From: an uncultured Actinomycetes bacterium | GTDB lineage: Bacteria; Actinomycetota; Aquicultoria; Subteraquimicrobiales; CAMTWV01 | Length of the DNA stretch: 64,000 nucleotides | Assembly: GCA_947085535.1 (NCBI GenBank) | Contig: CAMTWV010000002.1 | Coordinates: 989-64,988, forward strand | Direction of reading: 5' to 3' | In this document: one piece after another, positions 8,722-16,935 of the stretch | Layout of the letters: each line of letters starts with the position of its first letter | Position numbering within the stretch: position 1 is the stretch's first letter | Translations under genes and position numbers: made by a program | Notes under the pieces: generated by a model | Database searches by the model: none | What the model was told of the DNA's origin: nothing | What the model saw: only the letters and a program-made list of their open reading frames with translations

Positions 8722-9477
8722 GTGAGCGAGCTAAAAATGACTTATCAGGTTAAGATTGATGTTTTTGAAGGTCCTTTTGACCTCCTTTTAACTTTAATTT
8801 CCCGACAAAAAGTAAGTATTTATGATGTTCCAATTGCGACAATTGCAAGGGAATATCTCACTTATTTAAATGGAATGCGCGAGCTTGATTTAGAAATTGC
8901 CAGTGAATTTTTATTAGTGGCGGCGACTTTGCTTGACATAAAAGCGCAAAGTTTGTTACCTCGAGAAACAGAAGAGGAATTAGAGGGTGGGGGATCATAT
9001 TACAGAGAGGCGAAAGAAGTTCTTATTGCCCGATTGCTTGAGTATAAAAAGTTTAAGAATGTGGCCTTAGAATTAGCCGGACGATTTGAGGCGGAAAGTA
9101 AATATTATCCTCGTGATGTAGAACTTGAAGAACCGTTTATGAAACTTTTGCCGGATTATCTTGAAGGAATTGGCGCTGACTATTTAGCAAAGCTTGCAGG
9201 CAATTTAATTGCCAGAACAAAAGAGTTTATAAATATTATCCAAATTCCTTTAATTAAAGAGATTAACATCGAAGAAAAGATGGATGAAGTGGTAAAGAAA
9301 TTGATAAAATCGGGGCACCAGACTTTCAAAAAATTAACCTCGAGTTGTCAAACTAAAGCGGAAATAATCGCTGTTTTCTTAAGTGTACTTGAGCTTTACA
9401 AAAGGGGACTTCTCTCTTTGCATCAAGCGGTAACCTTTGGTGAGATTGAGATAGAGCTGGTTGAAAATTTTAGTTGA
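8722..9477 (+). CDS. scpA: Segregation and condensation protein A
   Basis: N-terminal FEGPFDLLLTLISRQKVSIYDVPIATI kleisin motif. Overlaps scpB by 4 nt. Confidence 0.85.
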   Translation: MSELKMTYQVKIDVFEGPFDLLLTLISRQKVSIYDVPIATIAREYLTYLNGMRELDLEIASEFLLVAATLLDIKAQSLLPRETEEELEGGGSYYREAKEVLIARLLEYKKFKNVALELAGRFEAESKYYPRDVELEEPFMKLLPDYLEGIGADYLAKLAGNLIARTKEFINIIQIPLIKEINIEEKMDEVVKKLIKSGHQTFKKLTSSCQTKAEIIAVFLSVLELYKRGLLSLHQAVTFGEIEIELVENFS

Positions 9478-10079
9478 AGGTGAGAAAAATAGAAAAAGAA
9501 GAACTTAGAAACATAATTGAATCCTTATTATTTGTTTCAGACGAAGCTGTCTCTTTGAAAAAATTTGCAGAAATTCTAGGGGTAAGCGTAGTCGAAGTTG
9601 AAGAGATTCTAAAGAACTTAAAGGATACCTATCAAGAAGAAAACAGAGGTTTTCAGTTAAGAGAGGTAGCCGGGGGGTATCGGTTATTCACTCATCCGGC
9701 AAATGCTTCGTTTATTGAGAAATTTGTAGTTGCTTCAGATTTCCGTAAGCTGACTCAGGCGGCTTTAGAAACACTGGCGATTATTGCCTACAAACAGCCT
9801 GTAACAAAAAGCGAAATAAGCGCAATCAGGGGTGTTAATATAGACACTGTCTTAAACTCGCTTATCGAAAAAGATCTGGTTAAAGAAGTAGGAAGGGAAA
9901 GTGTCCCAGGCCAACCCATTCTTTACGGAACAACAAAAGCATTTCTTGAAGCGTTGGGTTTTAAAAGCTTAGATGATTTGCCGCCTCTTGAGGAGTTTGA
10001 GCCAGATGAGGAAACACGCAGGCAGTTGGAGTTAAAACTTACGTCGGAACAGTCAGAAGATAGTCAAAACGGGGGTTAA
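9474..10079 (+). CDS. scpB: Segregation and condensation protein B
   Basis: IESLLFVSDEAVS and LETLAIIAYKQPVTKSEISAIRGV winged-helix motifs. Position after scpA. Confidence 0.85.
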   Translation: MKVRKIEKEELRNIIESLLFVSDEAVSLKKFAEILGVSVVEVEEILKNLKDTYQEENRGFQLREVAGGYRLFTHPANASFIEKFVVASDFRKLTQAALETLAIIAYKQPVTKSEISAIRGVNIDTVLNSLIEKDLVKEVGRESVPGQPILYGTTKAFLEALGFKSLDDLPPLEEFEPDEETRRQLELKLTSEQSEDSQNGG

Positions 10080-10089
10080 CTGGGGTTAA

Positions 10090-10812
10090 ATGGAAAGACT
10101 ACAGAAGATAATGGGGCGAGCCGGTATTGCTTCTCGAAGAAAATGTGAACAATTAATTATTGAAGGACGGGTAAGATTAAATGGTGAAATTGTTCGTGAA
10201 CTCGGGGTTAAAGCAGACGCTTCACATGACACGATCGAAGTTAACGGCAAGCGCTTAAATTTCGAAGAAGAAAAGGTCTATTTGATATTAAATAAACCCA
10301 GGGGTTGCTTAACTTCAGTGAGCGACCAGTTTGGAAGACCTACCGTTATTGATTTGATAGGCGAGGAAGAAGCAAGACTTTTCCCGGTCGGTCGTTTAGA
10401 TCAGGACACAGAAGGCTTATTGTTGGTGACCAATGACGGTGAGTTTGCCTTTAGGCTTACTCATCCAAAATATAAGGTGCCCAAGACATATTTTGCTGAG
10501 GTTCGTGGTTTTCCCCAGACTAACATTATTAATTGTTTGAAAACCGGCATAATGCTTGAGGAGGGTTTAACCGCTCCGGCTGAGGTTAAGGTAGTGGAAA
10601 GAAAAGAAAAAAGCACCGTGGTGGAAATTATCATCAGAGAAGGAAGAAAAAGGCAAATTAGGCGGATGTTTGATAAAGTTGGTCATCCCGTTATAAAGCT
10701 TAAGCGGACTGCTCTTGGACCAATTAAACTAAAGGATTTAGCTTTAGGCACCTATCGGTTGTTAGCTCCTTTTGAAGTAGATATGCTCAAGCGGGCAACA
10801 GGCTTAAAATAA
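10090..10812 (+). CDS. rluB: Pseudouridine synthase, RsuA/RluB family
   Basis: N-terminal S4 domain (RLQKIMGRAGIASRRKCEQLI) and catalytic RLDQDTEGLLLVTNDG motif. Confidence 0.8.
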   Translation: MERLQKIMGRAGIASRRKCEQLIIEGRVRLNGEIVRELGVKADASHDTIEVNGKRLNFEEEKVYLILNKPRGCLTSVSDQFGRPTVIDLIGEEEARLFPVGRLDQDTEGLLLVTNDGEFAFRLTHPKYKVPKTYFAEVRGFPQTNIINCLKTGIMLEEGLTAPAEVKVVERKEKSTVVEIIIREGRKRQIRRMFDKVGHPVIKLKRTALGPIKLKDLALGTYRLLAPFEVDMLKRATGLK

Positions 10813-10828
10813 TTTTGCCATTTTTTGT

Positions 10829-10856
10829 TTGACAATCGGATTACAAAGCGTAATAT
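10829..10856 (+). promoter_or_regulatory. Putative sigma-70 promoter for the subtilase gene
   Basis: TTGACA (10829-10834), 16-nt spacer, TAATAT (10851-10856). Confidence 0.4.
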
Positions 10857-10947
10857 TTAAATTAAGTAGCAGCAATTTAATAATATTGAAAAGCTCTGAT
10901 AATGGCATTGATAAATTCTTTTTTCATTAGTTCAAGGTGGAATCTAG

Positions 10948-12141
10948 ATGAAAAAGGAGGTGAAGAAGTTGAAAAGGCTAAAATTTTTGTTGGTTACGCT
11001 GATTGTCCTGGTGCTACTCTTGAGTCTGGGCGTTGCAGGAGTTTCTTCCTCTTCAGCTACGCAGCAGTTTGGCGCAGGACGGATTTTAGTGAAATTTGTT
11101 CCCGGTGCAGCGGCTGCGGAAGTCGCTAACGCGCATCGGGCTGTGGGTGGCGCTATCGTTGAGACAATCCCAGGCATTGATGTGCAAATAGTCAGAGTGC
11201 CTGCAGGCAGAGAGAAAGAACTCGTCAGCCGCTATCTCCGAAATAAGAATGTGCTCTACGCTGAACCTGATTTCATCGCTCAAGCAAGCGTGGTCCCCAA
11301 CGATACATATTTCAGCAATCAGTGGGGTATGAGCAAGGTTGAAGCGCCCCTGGCCTGGGATGTTTCAAAGAGTAGTTCTAACATAAGGGTTGCTGTTCTT
11401 GATACCGGCATTGACGCTGGCCACGGCGACATTAAACCGAAAGTGGTGGCTGCTAAGAATTTCACTACCAGCAAGACAGTGAGTGATCGAAACGGTCATG
11501 GCACGCATGTTGCGGGAATTGCTGCGGCAGTGACCAATAATTCTAAGGGTGTAGCCGGTCTTGGTTGGAACGCCAGCCTCATGAACGGAAAGGTGCTCGG
11601 AGACGACGGAAGTGGATTCTACTCCTGGGTAGCAAGCGGCATTGTCTGGGCGGCTGACAACGGCGCCAAAGCAATCAATATGAGCTTGGGCGGGTCTTCT
11701 CCCTCTAAAGTCTTGGAGGATGCGGTGAATTATGCGTGGGACAAAGGATCAGTTCTGGTTGCCGCGGCTGGTAACAACAACACCAGCGATCCAGTCTACC
11801 CAGCCTTCTACGCCAATGTGATTGCCGTTGCCGCCACTGACCAAAATGACAATAAGGCAAGTTTTTCGAGTTTCGGTAGTTGGGTTGATGTATCAGCGCC
11901 AGGAGTAAACATTCTCTCCACTTATCCAAGGACGGGCATAGTTGACCGCTACGCGTGGCTGAGCGGAACTTCCATGTCCAGTCCCCACGTTGCCGGGCTC
12001 GCCGCGCTCGTATGGACTACTACTTTTGGCAGTGATAAAGTCTCGGTGCGAGACCGCATTGAAAGCACAGTGGATCCTCTTAATGATACCTCAATCGGAA
12101 AAGGAAGAATTAATGCTGCCAAAGCCGTTGGGGCAAAGTAG
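10948..12141 (+). CDS. Secreted subtilisin-like serine protease (peptidase S8) with I9-like propeptide
   Basis: Signal peptide. Catalytic triad motifs VAVLDTGID, HGTHVAGIAAA and SGTSMSSPHVAG. Visibly GC-richer than its neighbours. Confidence 0.85.
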   Translation: MKKEVKKLKRLKFLLVTLIVLVLLLSLGVAGVSSSSATQQFGAGRILVKFVPGAAAAEVANAHRAVGGAIVETIPGIDVQIVRVPAGREKELVSRYLRNKNVLYAEPDFIAQASVVPNDTYFSNQWGMSKVEAPLAWDVSKSSSNIRVAVLDTGIDAGHGDIKPKVVAAKNFTTSKTVSDRNGHGTHVAGIAAAVTNNSKGVAGLGWNASLMNGKVLGDDGSGFYSWVASGIVWAADNGAKAINMSLGGSSPSKVLEDAVNYAWDKGSVLVAAAGNNNTSDPVYPAFYANVIAVAATDQNDNKASFSSFGSWVDVSAPGVNILSTYPRTGIVDRYAWLSGTSMSSPHVAGLAALVWTTTFGSDKVSVRDRIESTVDPLNDTSIGKGRINAAKAVGAK

Positions 12142-12154
12142 GTAGCAGACGTGA

Positions 12155-12301
12155 TGTGTTGACCTGGACGGTGATGGTCTATGGGATCCTGTGGAAGTTC
12201 AAAATAAACTGCAGGCAACAGCTGATGACCTAGGTGCAGTTGGTCGAGATGACCTTTATGGTTATGGGCTAGTTGATGCCGAAAAAGCAGTGATTTTTTA
12301 A
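12155..12301 (+). pseudogene. C-terminal fragment of a second S8 peptidase
   Basis: The frame reads CVDLDGDGLWDPVEVQNKLQATADDLGAVGRDDLYGYGLVDAEKAVIF*, a typical S8 C-terminal tail (..tA..lG....d..yGyGlvda..Av). It has no upstream catalytic domain or start codon. Confidence 0.5.
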
Positions 12302-12380
12302 CAGACTGGACGTGCAATCCTGTAGCTAATGTGGAAACAAGCGATTCAATAACAATTTAATATTTAAGTAATATGCTCAG

Positions 12381-12409
12381 GCGGGGAGGGCTAAATCCCC
12401 GCTTTTTTA
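12381..12409 (+). terminator. Rho-independent terminator after the subtilase locus
   Basis: Stem gcgggga/tccccgc, loop gggctaaa, then TTTTTT. Confidence 0.6.
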
Positions 12410-12475
12410 TTTTTGCTATTTTATGGATGGGATTGTTCTTGGGAATTGAAAGCTAACAATAGTTAAATTTTGAGG

Positions 12476-12504
12476 TTGACTAAATCTTGAGTTTACTTTA
12501 TATT
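12476..12504 (+). promoter_or_regulatory. Putative promoter of the B12 riboswitch/btu operon
   Basis: TTGACT, 17-nt spacer, TATATT, about 20 nt upstream of riboswitch P1. Confidence 0.45.
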
Positions 12505-12523
12505 GATTTAAAATTTAATAAGG

Positions 12524-12745
12524 GTTTTAGGTGTAAGGGAAGTGCTGTGACCTGCCCGCCATTGCCTAAGGCTTCAGGCGCTGGCAGGCGGGAAGTCAGC
12601 CACGGACCCGCCACTGTGACCCCGATCCTTATTGTGGGGAAAAATCTTTTTAACAATCTCGCGAATCAAGCGGGATAAAGTCACTGCCTGACAGGGTGGG
12701 AAGGCGAGTTAAAGAGTCGGGGAAGTCAGGAGACCTACCTAAAAC
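12524..12745 (+). promoter_or_regulatory. Cobalamin (B12) riboswitch aptamer
   Basis: AAGGGAAG..CTGTGA, GGACCCGCCACTGTGACC and GTCACTGCC...GGGAAGGCG blocks. B12 box AGTCAGGAGACCTACC. P1 pairing gttttagg (12524-12531) with cctaaaac (12738-12745). Upstream of btuF. Confidence 0.85.
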
Positions 12746-12795
12746 AATAAAAGTACCTTCGCGGAGTGAGGTGAGGAAAATGAGAAAAGAAACTT

Positions 12796-12830
12796 AATCC
12801 TTGTGCGAAGCAAGGATTTTTTGTTTTTTA
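12796..12830 (+). terminator. Riboswitch expression-platform terminator
   Basis: Stem aatccttg/caaggatt, loop tgcgaag, then TTTTGTTTTTT. Lies 29 nt before the btuF start. Confidence 0.65.
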
Positions 12831-12858
12831 AATTGTTTACAAAAAGGAGGATTAAAAG

Positions 12859-13797
12859 TTGAAAAGATACTGTAAAATCGTTGCTCTTTTTTTGAGCCTG
12901 TGTTTGCTTTTAACGATTGTGGTTGGATGCCAGGCAAATAAGCCTGAACCTGCTAAAGTAGAAGAGAAAGTAGAGAAGTTTCCGTTAAAACTTATGGATG
13001 ACCTGGGAAGACTGGTAGAAATTAAGGAAAAACCCGAAAAAATAATTTCCCTTGCTCCCAGCAACACAGAAATTTTGTTTGCCTTAGGACTTGGTGATAA
13101 GGTTGTTGGGGTAACTGAGTTTTGCGATTATCCTGAAGAAGCAAAATCAAAAGAAAAAGCGGGTGGGTTTAAGGAGCCTAATTTAGAAAAATTAGTTGAA
13201 TTAAGGCCTGATGTAATTTTTGCCACCGGGATGCATCAAAAAAGTCTTCCTGACATTGAAAAACTTAACTTAGCTGTCTTTGTTATTGATTCTAAAAGTA
13301 TTAATGATGTTATTTTAGACATTGAAACAGTAGGAAAAATCACAGGTAGTGAGAAGGCAGCAGAAAAGGTTGTTGCGGAAATGCAGGAAAAAATAGATAT
13401 GGTGAAGGAAAAATTAGCCATCTTAGCTGATGTGGAAAAACCTCTTGTCTATTACGAAATCTGGAACGACCCAATTCAGACTGTGGGACCTGGCACTTTC
13501 ATTTATGGAATAATTGAACTTGCGGGAGGAAAAAATATTGTTGAAGGTGCAGCTGAAGAATATCCACTTTTAAGCTTGGAGACTTTAATTAAGAGAGACC
13601 CCGCGGTGATTATTGCAGGCGTGGGAAGCATGGGCGATCCTGGTAAAGTTAAGGAAAGAAAAGGCTGGGAAAATATTTCTGCTGTGAAAAATGAAAAGGT
13701 ATATGTGATTGACGAAAATCTTGTGGTCAGACCAGGTCCAAGAATAGCCGATGGATTAGTTGAAATTGCTCGGATTTTACATCCGGAGAAATTTTAA
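12859..13797 (+). CDS. btuF: Cobalamin/siderophore-type ABC transporter substrate-binding lipoprotein (BtuF-like)
   Basis: Lipobox LTIVVGC. Periplasmic-binding-protein class 8 pattern (KIISLAPSNTEILFALGLGDKVVGVT). Riboswitch-controlled. Confidence 0.8.
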   Translation: MKRYCKIVALFLSLCLLLTIVVGCQANKPEPAKVEEKVEKFPLKLMDDLGRLVEIKEKPEKIISLAPSNTEILFALGLGDKVVGVTEFCDYPEEAKSKEKAGGFKEPNLEKLVELRPDVIFATGMHQKSLPDIEKLNLAVFVIDSKSINDVILDIETVGKITGSEKAAEKVVAEMQEKIDMVKEKLAILADVEKPLVYYEIWNDPIQTVGPGTFIYGIIELAGGKNIVEGAAEEYPLLSLETLIKRDPAVIIAGVGSMGDPGKVKERKGWENISAVKNEKVYVIDENLVVRPGPRIADGLVEIARILHPEKF

Positions 13798-13842
13798 GTA
13801 AAGGTTGGGGGACTTCCTGAAAGAAGTCCCCCTGTTTAAAAA

Positions 13843-14892
13843 ATGGAAAGAATAAGGAGTTTTAAAGATAAAAGTTTTATTATTTTTCTTATTCTACTAC
13901 TTGGGTTTGTGGTTATTTGGGCGGCTTCTGTTGGGGCTGTTTCAATTCCCCTTAAGACCACAGCTAGAATTTTTTTAAGCCGTGTTTTTGGGTTATCTTT
14001 TTTATTCGGTAAAGCAAGTTGGTCTGAAACCTACGAGATAATTTTGCTTAAAATTCGGTTTCCTCGTGTTATTTTAGCAGTTCTTGTGGGGGCAGCGCTT
14101 TCTGTTTCAGGGGTTATTTTCCAAGGGATTTTTAAAAACCCAATGGCTGATCCTTATATAATTGGTGTTTCATCAGGTGCAGCACTGGGGGCAACTCTGG
14201 CTTTTGTTGCTTTTAGTGGTTTTGGCGTCTTTGGTTTCTCTCTCATTCCTATTCTGGCTTTTGTGGGAGCGGTATTAACTACTCTTTTGGTTTATAATCT
14301 TGCGCGTGTTGGTTCACGTGTGTCTGTTTCAACTCTGCTTCTTTCTGGTATCGCTGTGGGTTCTTTTTTAGCCGCCTTGACTGCATTTTTGATGATTTTC
14401 GGGACAAAGGATTTGCATCAAATTTTCTTATGGTTAATGGGAAGTTTTTCGGCAAAAAATTGGGACCATGTTAAGGTAATGTTTCCTTTTGTCATTTTTG
14501 GTTTACCGCTTGCCTTTTTTTACTCTCGTGAGCTTAATGTTTTACTGTTAGGAGAGGAAAGGGCTCAACATCTTGGGGTTGATACTGAACGTTTAAAAAG
14601 AACACTGATTATTGCCGCTTCTTTATTGGCGGCTTCAGCAGTCGCGGTTAGTGGAATTATTGGATTTGTTGGTCTAATTATTCCTCATATGGTCCGCTTA
14701 ATCACTGGGCCCAGTCATAAAAAGCTTATTCTGGCTTCAACTCTTTTCGGAGCTTCTTTTATGGTGGTGGCTGATTTGCTTTCTCGAACGTTAATGGCTC
14801 CCTTAGAGATTCCCATTGGAATAATTACTTCTCTTTTTGGAGCACCATTTTTTATGTATCTATTAAAGAGAAGTAAGAAAAAAATATTTTAG
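13843..14892 (+). CDS. btuC: FecCD-family ABC permease (BtuC-like)
   Basis: 349 aa polytopic protein with NPMADPYIIGVSSGAALGA and GIIGFVGLIIPHMVR motifs. Confidence 0.85.
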   Translation: MERIRSFKDKSFIIFLILLLGFVVIWAASVGAVSIPLKTTARIFLSRVFGLSFLFGKASWSETYEIILLKIRFPRVILAVLVGAALSVSGVIFQGIFKNPMADPYIIGVSSGAALGATLAFVAFSGFGVFGFSLIPILAFVGAVLTTLLVYNLARVGSRVSVSTLLLSGIAVGSFLAALTAFLMIFGTKDLHQIFLWLMGSFSAKNWDHVKVMFPFVIFGLPLAFFYSRELNVLLLGEERAQHLGVDTERLKRTLIIAASLLAASAVAVSGIIGFVGLIIPHMVRLITGPSHKKLILASTLFGASFMVVADLLSRTLMAPLEIPIGIITSLFGAPFFMYLLKRSKKKIF

Positions 14893-14903
14893 AGGTTTAA
14901 AAA

Positions 14904-16190
14904 ATGGCAGTGGTTCTCGATGTGCAGAATTTATACAGTGGCTATAATGGGTCTCTTGTTTTAAAAGAGATTAGTTTTCAGATTAGGAAAGGGGAATTTG
15001 TAAGCATTCTTGGACCCAATGGTAGCGGAAAAACAACCCTGGTTAAGGCAATTTTGGGTATTTTGCAGCCTCGGAGCAGTTCTGTTTCTATAAATTTAGG
15101 CGAAGATGGCTTAAGGAAGTTAAGTGAGCTAACGCCGAAGGAGATAGCAAGAAGGATAGCGGTTGTACCGCAAGGTTTGCAGTTTGAATTCGCTTTCACA
15201 GTCGGTGAGATTGTCTCTATGGGCAGGACGCCTTATTTGAGAAGATTTCAAAGTGAAACCAATGAGGATATTAAAGCAATTGAAGAAGCTATGGCGTTTA
15301 CCAATACTTTGTACTTGCGTGACAGATTAGTTACTGAGTTATCTGGAGGCGAAAGACAAAGAGCAATAATTGCTCAAGCGTTGGCTCAAAAACCAGATAT
15401 TTTAATTTTGGATGAGCCCACAACTCATCTGGATATAAGTTATCAAATTGAAGTAATGGAACTCCTTAAAAAACTAAATGAAGAAGGTGTCACCATTATT
15501 ACTGTTTTGCATGATTTAAATTTAGCAGCGGTATATTGTGAGCGTATGATTTTATTAAAAGAGGGGTCAGTTTATGTTGATGGAGAAGTGGATGAGGTTT
15601 TAACGGGGGAAAACATTAAAGAGGTATTTGGAGTAGATGTTTTAATTCACAGTCATCCTCTGACAGGCAAACCCTACATTACTTCGCTTTCTTTAATTTC
15701 TTCTGCCTTATCATCTCAAAAAGGAAATGTTCATATTATCTGCGGAAGCGGCACAGGTTCTTCGTTAATGCATAGTTTGCATGAAGCTGGTTTTATGGTT
15801 ACGGTTGGTGTTTTAAATGTTTTGGATAGCGATGAAGTTATAGCGGAAAAGTTAGGAATTAAGGTTGTTGCTGAGGCACCTTTTTCGCCCATATCGGAAA
15901 AAAGTTTTAAAAATAATCTGGGTTTGATAGATAAAGCTCAGGTTGTGGTATTGGCAGATATTCCTGTAGGCGAAGGGAATTTTAAGAATCTTGTGGCAGC
16001 AGAAAAAGCTGTAGAGAAGAGGAAAAAGGTGATTATTTTAGAAAAGACACCGATTGAAACAAGGGATTATATGGAAGGAAGAGCGGTTAAACAAATTGAG
16101 AAACTTTATTTAAAAGGGGCTTTAAAGGCGCACTCTGAAGAAGAAGTTTTTAAGTTGATAAATGACCTGATGGAGATTGAGAATGGCTAA
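14904..16190 (+). CDS. btuD: ABC transporter ATPase (BtuD/FepC-like) fused to an uncharacterised C-terminal domain of about 160 aa
   Basis: Walker A GPNGSGKTT, signature LSGGERQR, Walker B ILILDEPT, H-loop VLHD, all within residues 1 to about 260. Residues about 268-428 (NVHIICGSGTGSSLMHSLHEAGFMVTVGVLNVLDSD...) lie beyond a normal ATPase. Confidence 0.8.
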   Translation: MAVVLDVQNLYSGYNGSLVLKEISFQIRKGEFVSILGPNGSGKTTLVKAILGILQPRSSSVSINLGEDGLRKLSELTPKEIARRIAVVPQGLQFEFAFTVGEIVSMGRTPYLRRFQSETNEDIKAIEEAMAFTNTLYLRDRLVTELSGGERQRAIIAQALAQKPDILILDEPTTHLDISYQIEVMELLKKLNEEGVTIITVLHDLNLAAVYCERMILLKEGSVYVDGEVDEVLTGENIKEVFGVDVLIHSHPLTGKPYITSLSLISSALSSQKGNVHIICGSGTGSSLMHSLHEAGFMVTVGVLNVLDSDEVIAEKLGIKVVAEAPFSPISEKSFKNNLGLIDKAQVVVLADIPVGEGNFKNLVAAEKAVEKRKKVIILEKTPIETRDYMEGRAVKQIEKLYLKGALKAHSEEEVFKLINDLMEIENG

Positions 16191-16692
16191 TTTAATTTTG
16201 ATTTTAGGCGGTGTGCAAAGCGGGAAAAGTAAATTTGCAGAAAAATTAGCAAGTTCAGGTAAGAAAGTAGCTTATATAGCCACCGCACAAGTTCTGGATG
16301 AGGAAATGAGAATAAAAATAGAAAATCATAAAAATAATCGACCTAAAGAATGGTTAACCTTAGAGGCGCCCCATAACTTAAAGGGTGTTTTGTCTAAGCT
16401 GGATAAATCAGTTGATATGATGGTTATTGATTGTCTTACTGTTTATGTTGCCAACTTAATGGGTTTAGAAGAAGATAAAGTATTTAGCGAGATTAAAGAT
16501 ATACTAAAGATTATTAAAGATTTAAACAGCAAGATAATTATGGTTTCCAATGAAGTTGGCATGGGAGTTGTGCCTCCTTATGAAAGTGGTCGGAAGTATC
16601 GGGATATGCTTGGCCAGGCAAATCAAATTGTAGCTGAAGCAGCAGATGAAGTTTATCTGATGGTGGCAGGCATACCGGTGAAAGTTAAATAG
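16177..16692 (+). CDS. cobU: Adenosylcobinamide kinase / adenosylcobinamide-phosphate guanylyltransferase
   Basis: P-loop LILGGVQSGKSKFAE, YIATAQ and SNEVGMGVVP motifs. Confidence 0.85.
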   Translation: MRMANLILILGGVQSGKSKFAEKLASSGKKVAYIATAQVLDEEMRIKIENHKNNRPKEWLTLEAPHNLKGVLSKLDKSVDMMVIDCLTVYVANLMGLEEDKVFSEIKDILKIIKDLNSKIIMVSNEVGMGVVPPYESGRKYRDMLGQANQIVAEAADEVYLMVAGIPVKVK

Positions 16693-16789
16693 CAGATGGC
16701 AGATGCTTGCCCGCCGCTGGCAAGGCTGATGGCAAAGTGAGGGTAATGGGGAAAGGATATAGGAAAATCAAAAAACAAGAAAAAAGTCA

Positions 16790-16862
16790 TTGCGAGCCCT
16801 CCGACGTTACATCGGAGGGCGTGGCAATCTCAAGAGTACTTCATTATCTCGGGGGCTTGCAA
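16790..16862. repeat. GC-rich nested hairpin element in the cobU-cobQ spacer
   Basis: Outer 10-bp stem ttgcgagccc/gggcttgcaa (one G-U pair if RNA) encloses the hairpin ctccga-cgttaca-tcggag. It sits in a 243-bp spacer that is otherwise AT-rich. Confidence 0.35.
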
Positions 16863-16935
16863 TAACTGGAAAATATGAAGAATGAAAACGAACAAACTCC
16901 CCACTACCAACTAAGAAACTATCAACCAACAGAGT

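Noticed and set aside
10902-11283. Overlapping small ORFs at 10902-11129 (+), 10944-11177 (-) and 11086-11283 (-)
   Set aside because: These are alternative frames of the GC-richer subtilase gene. The 10948-12141 frame carries the signal peptide and the complete D-H-S catalytic motifs.
11949-12317. 122-aa minus-strand ORF spanning the subtilase 3' end and the downstream fragment
   Set aside because: It is antisense to recognisable S8 sequence on the + strand, both the intact gene and the C-terminal fragment. There is no start context or family resemblance.
12487-12678. 63-aa ORF upstream of btuF
   Set aside because: It lies entirely within the cobalamin riboswitch aptamer. Likewise, the minus-strand ORF at 1908-2102 covers the riboswitch-like fragment and the deoB terminator.
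16693-16935. Possible second cobalamin riboswitch in front of cobQ
   Set aside because: I looked for the B12 box (AGYCMGGAGACCKGCC-like) and the GCCACTG block and found neither. Only generic GC-rich hairpins are present, so it is reported as an unclassified structured element.
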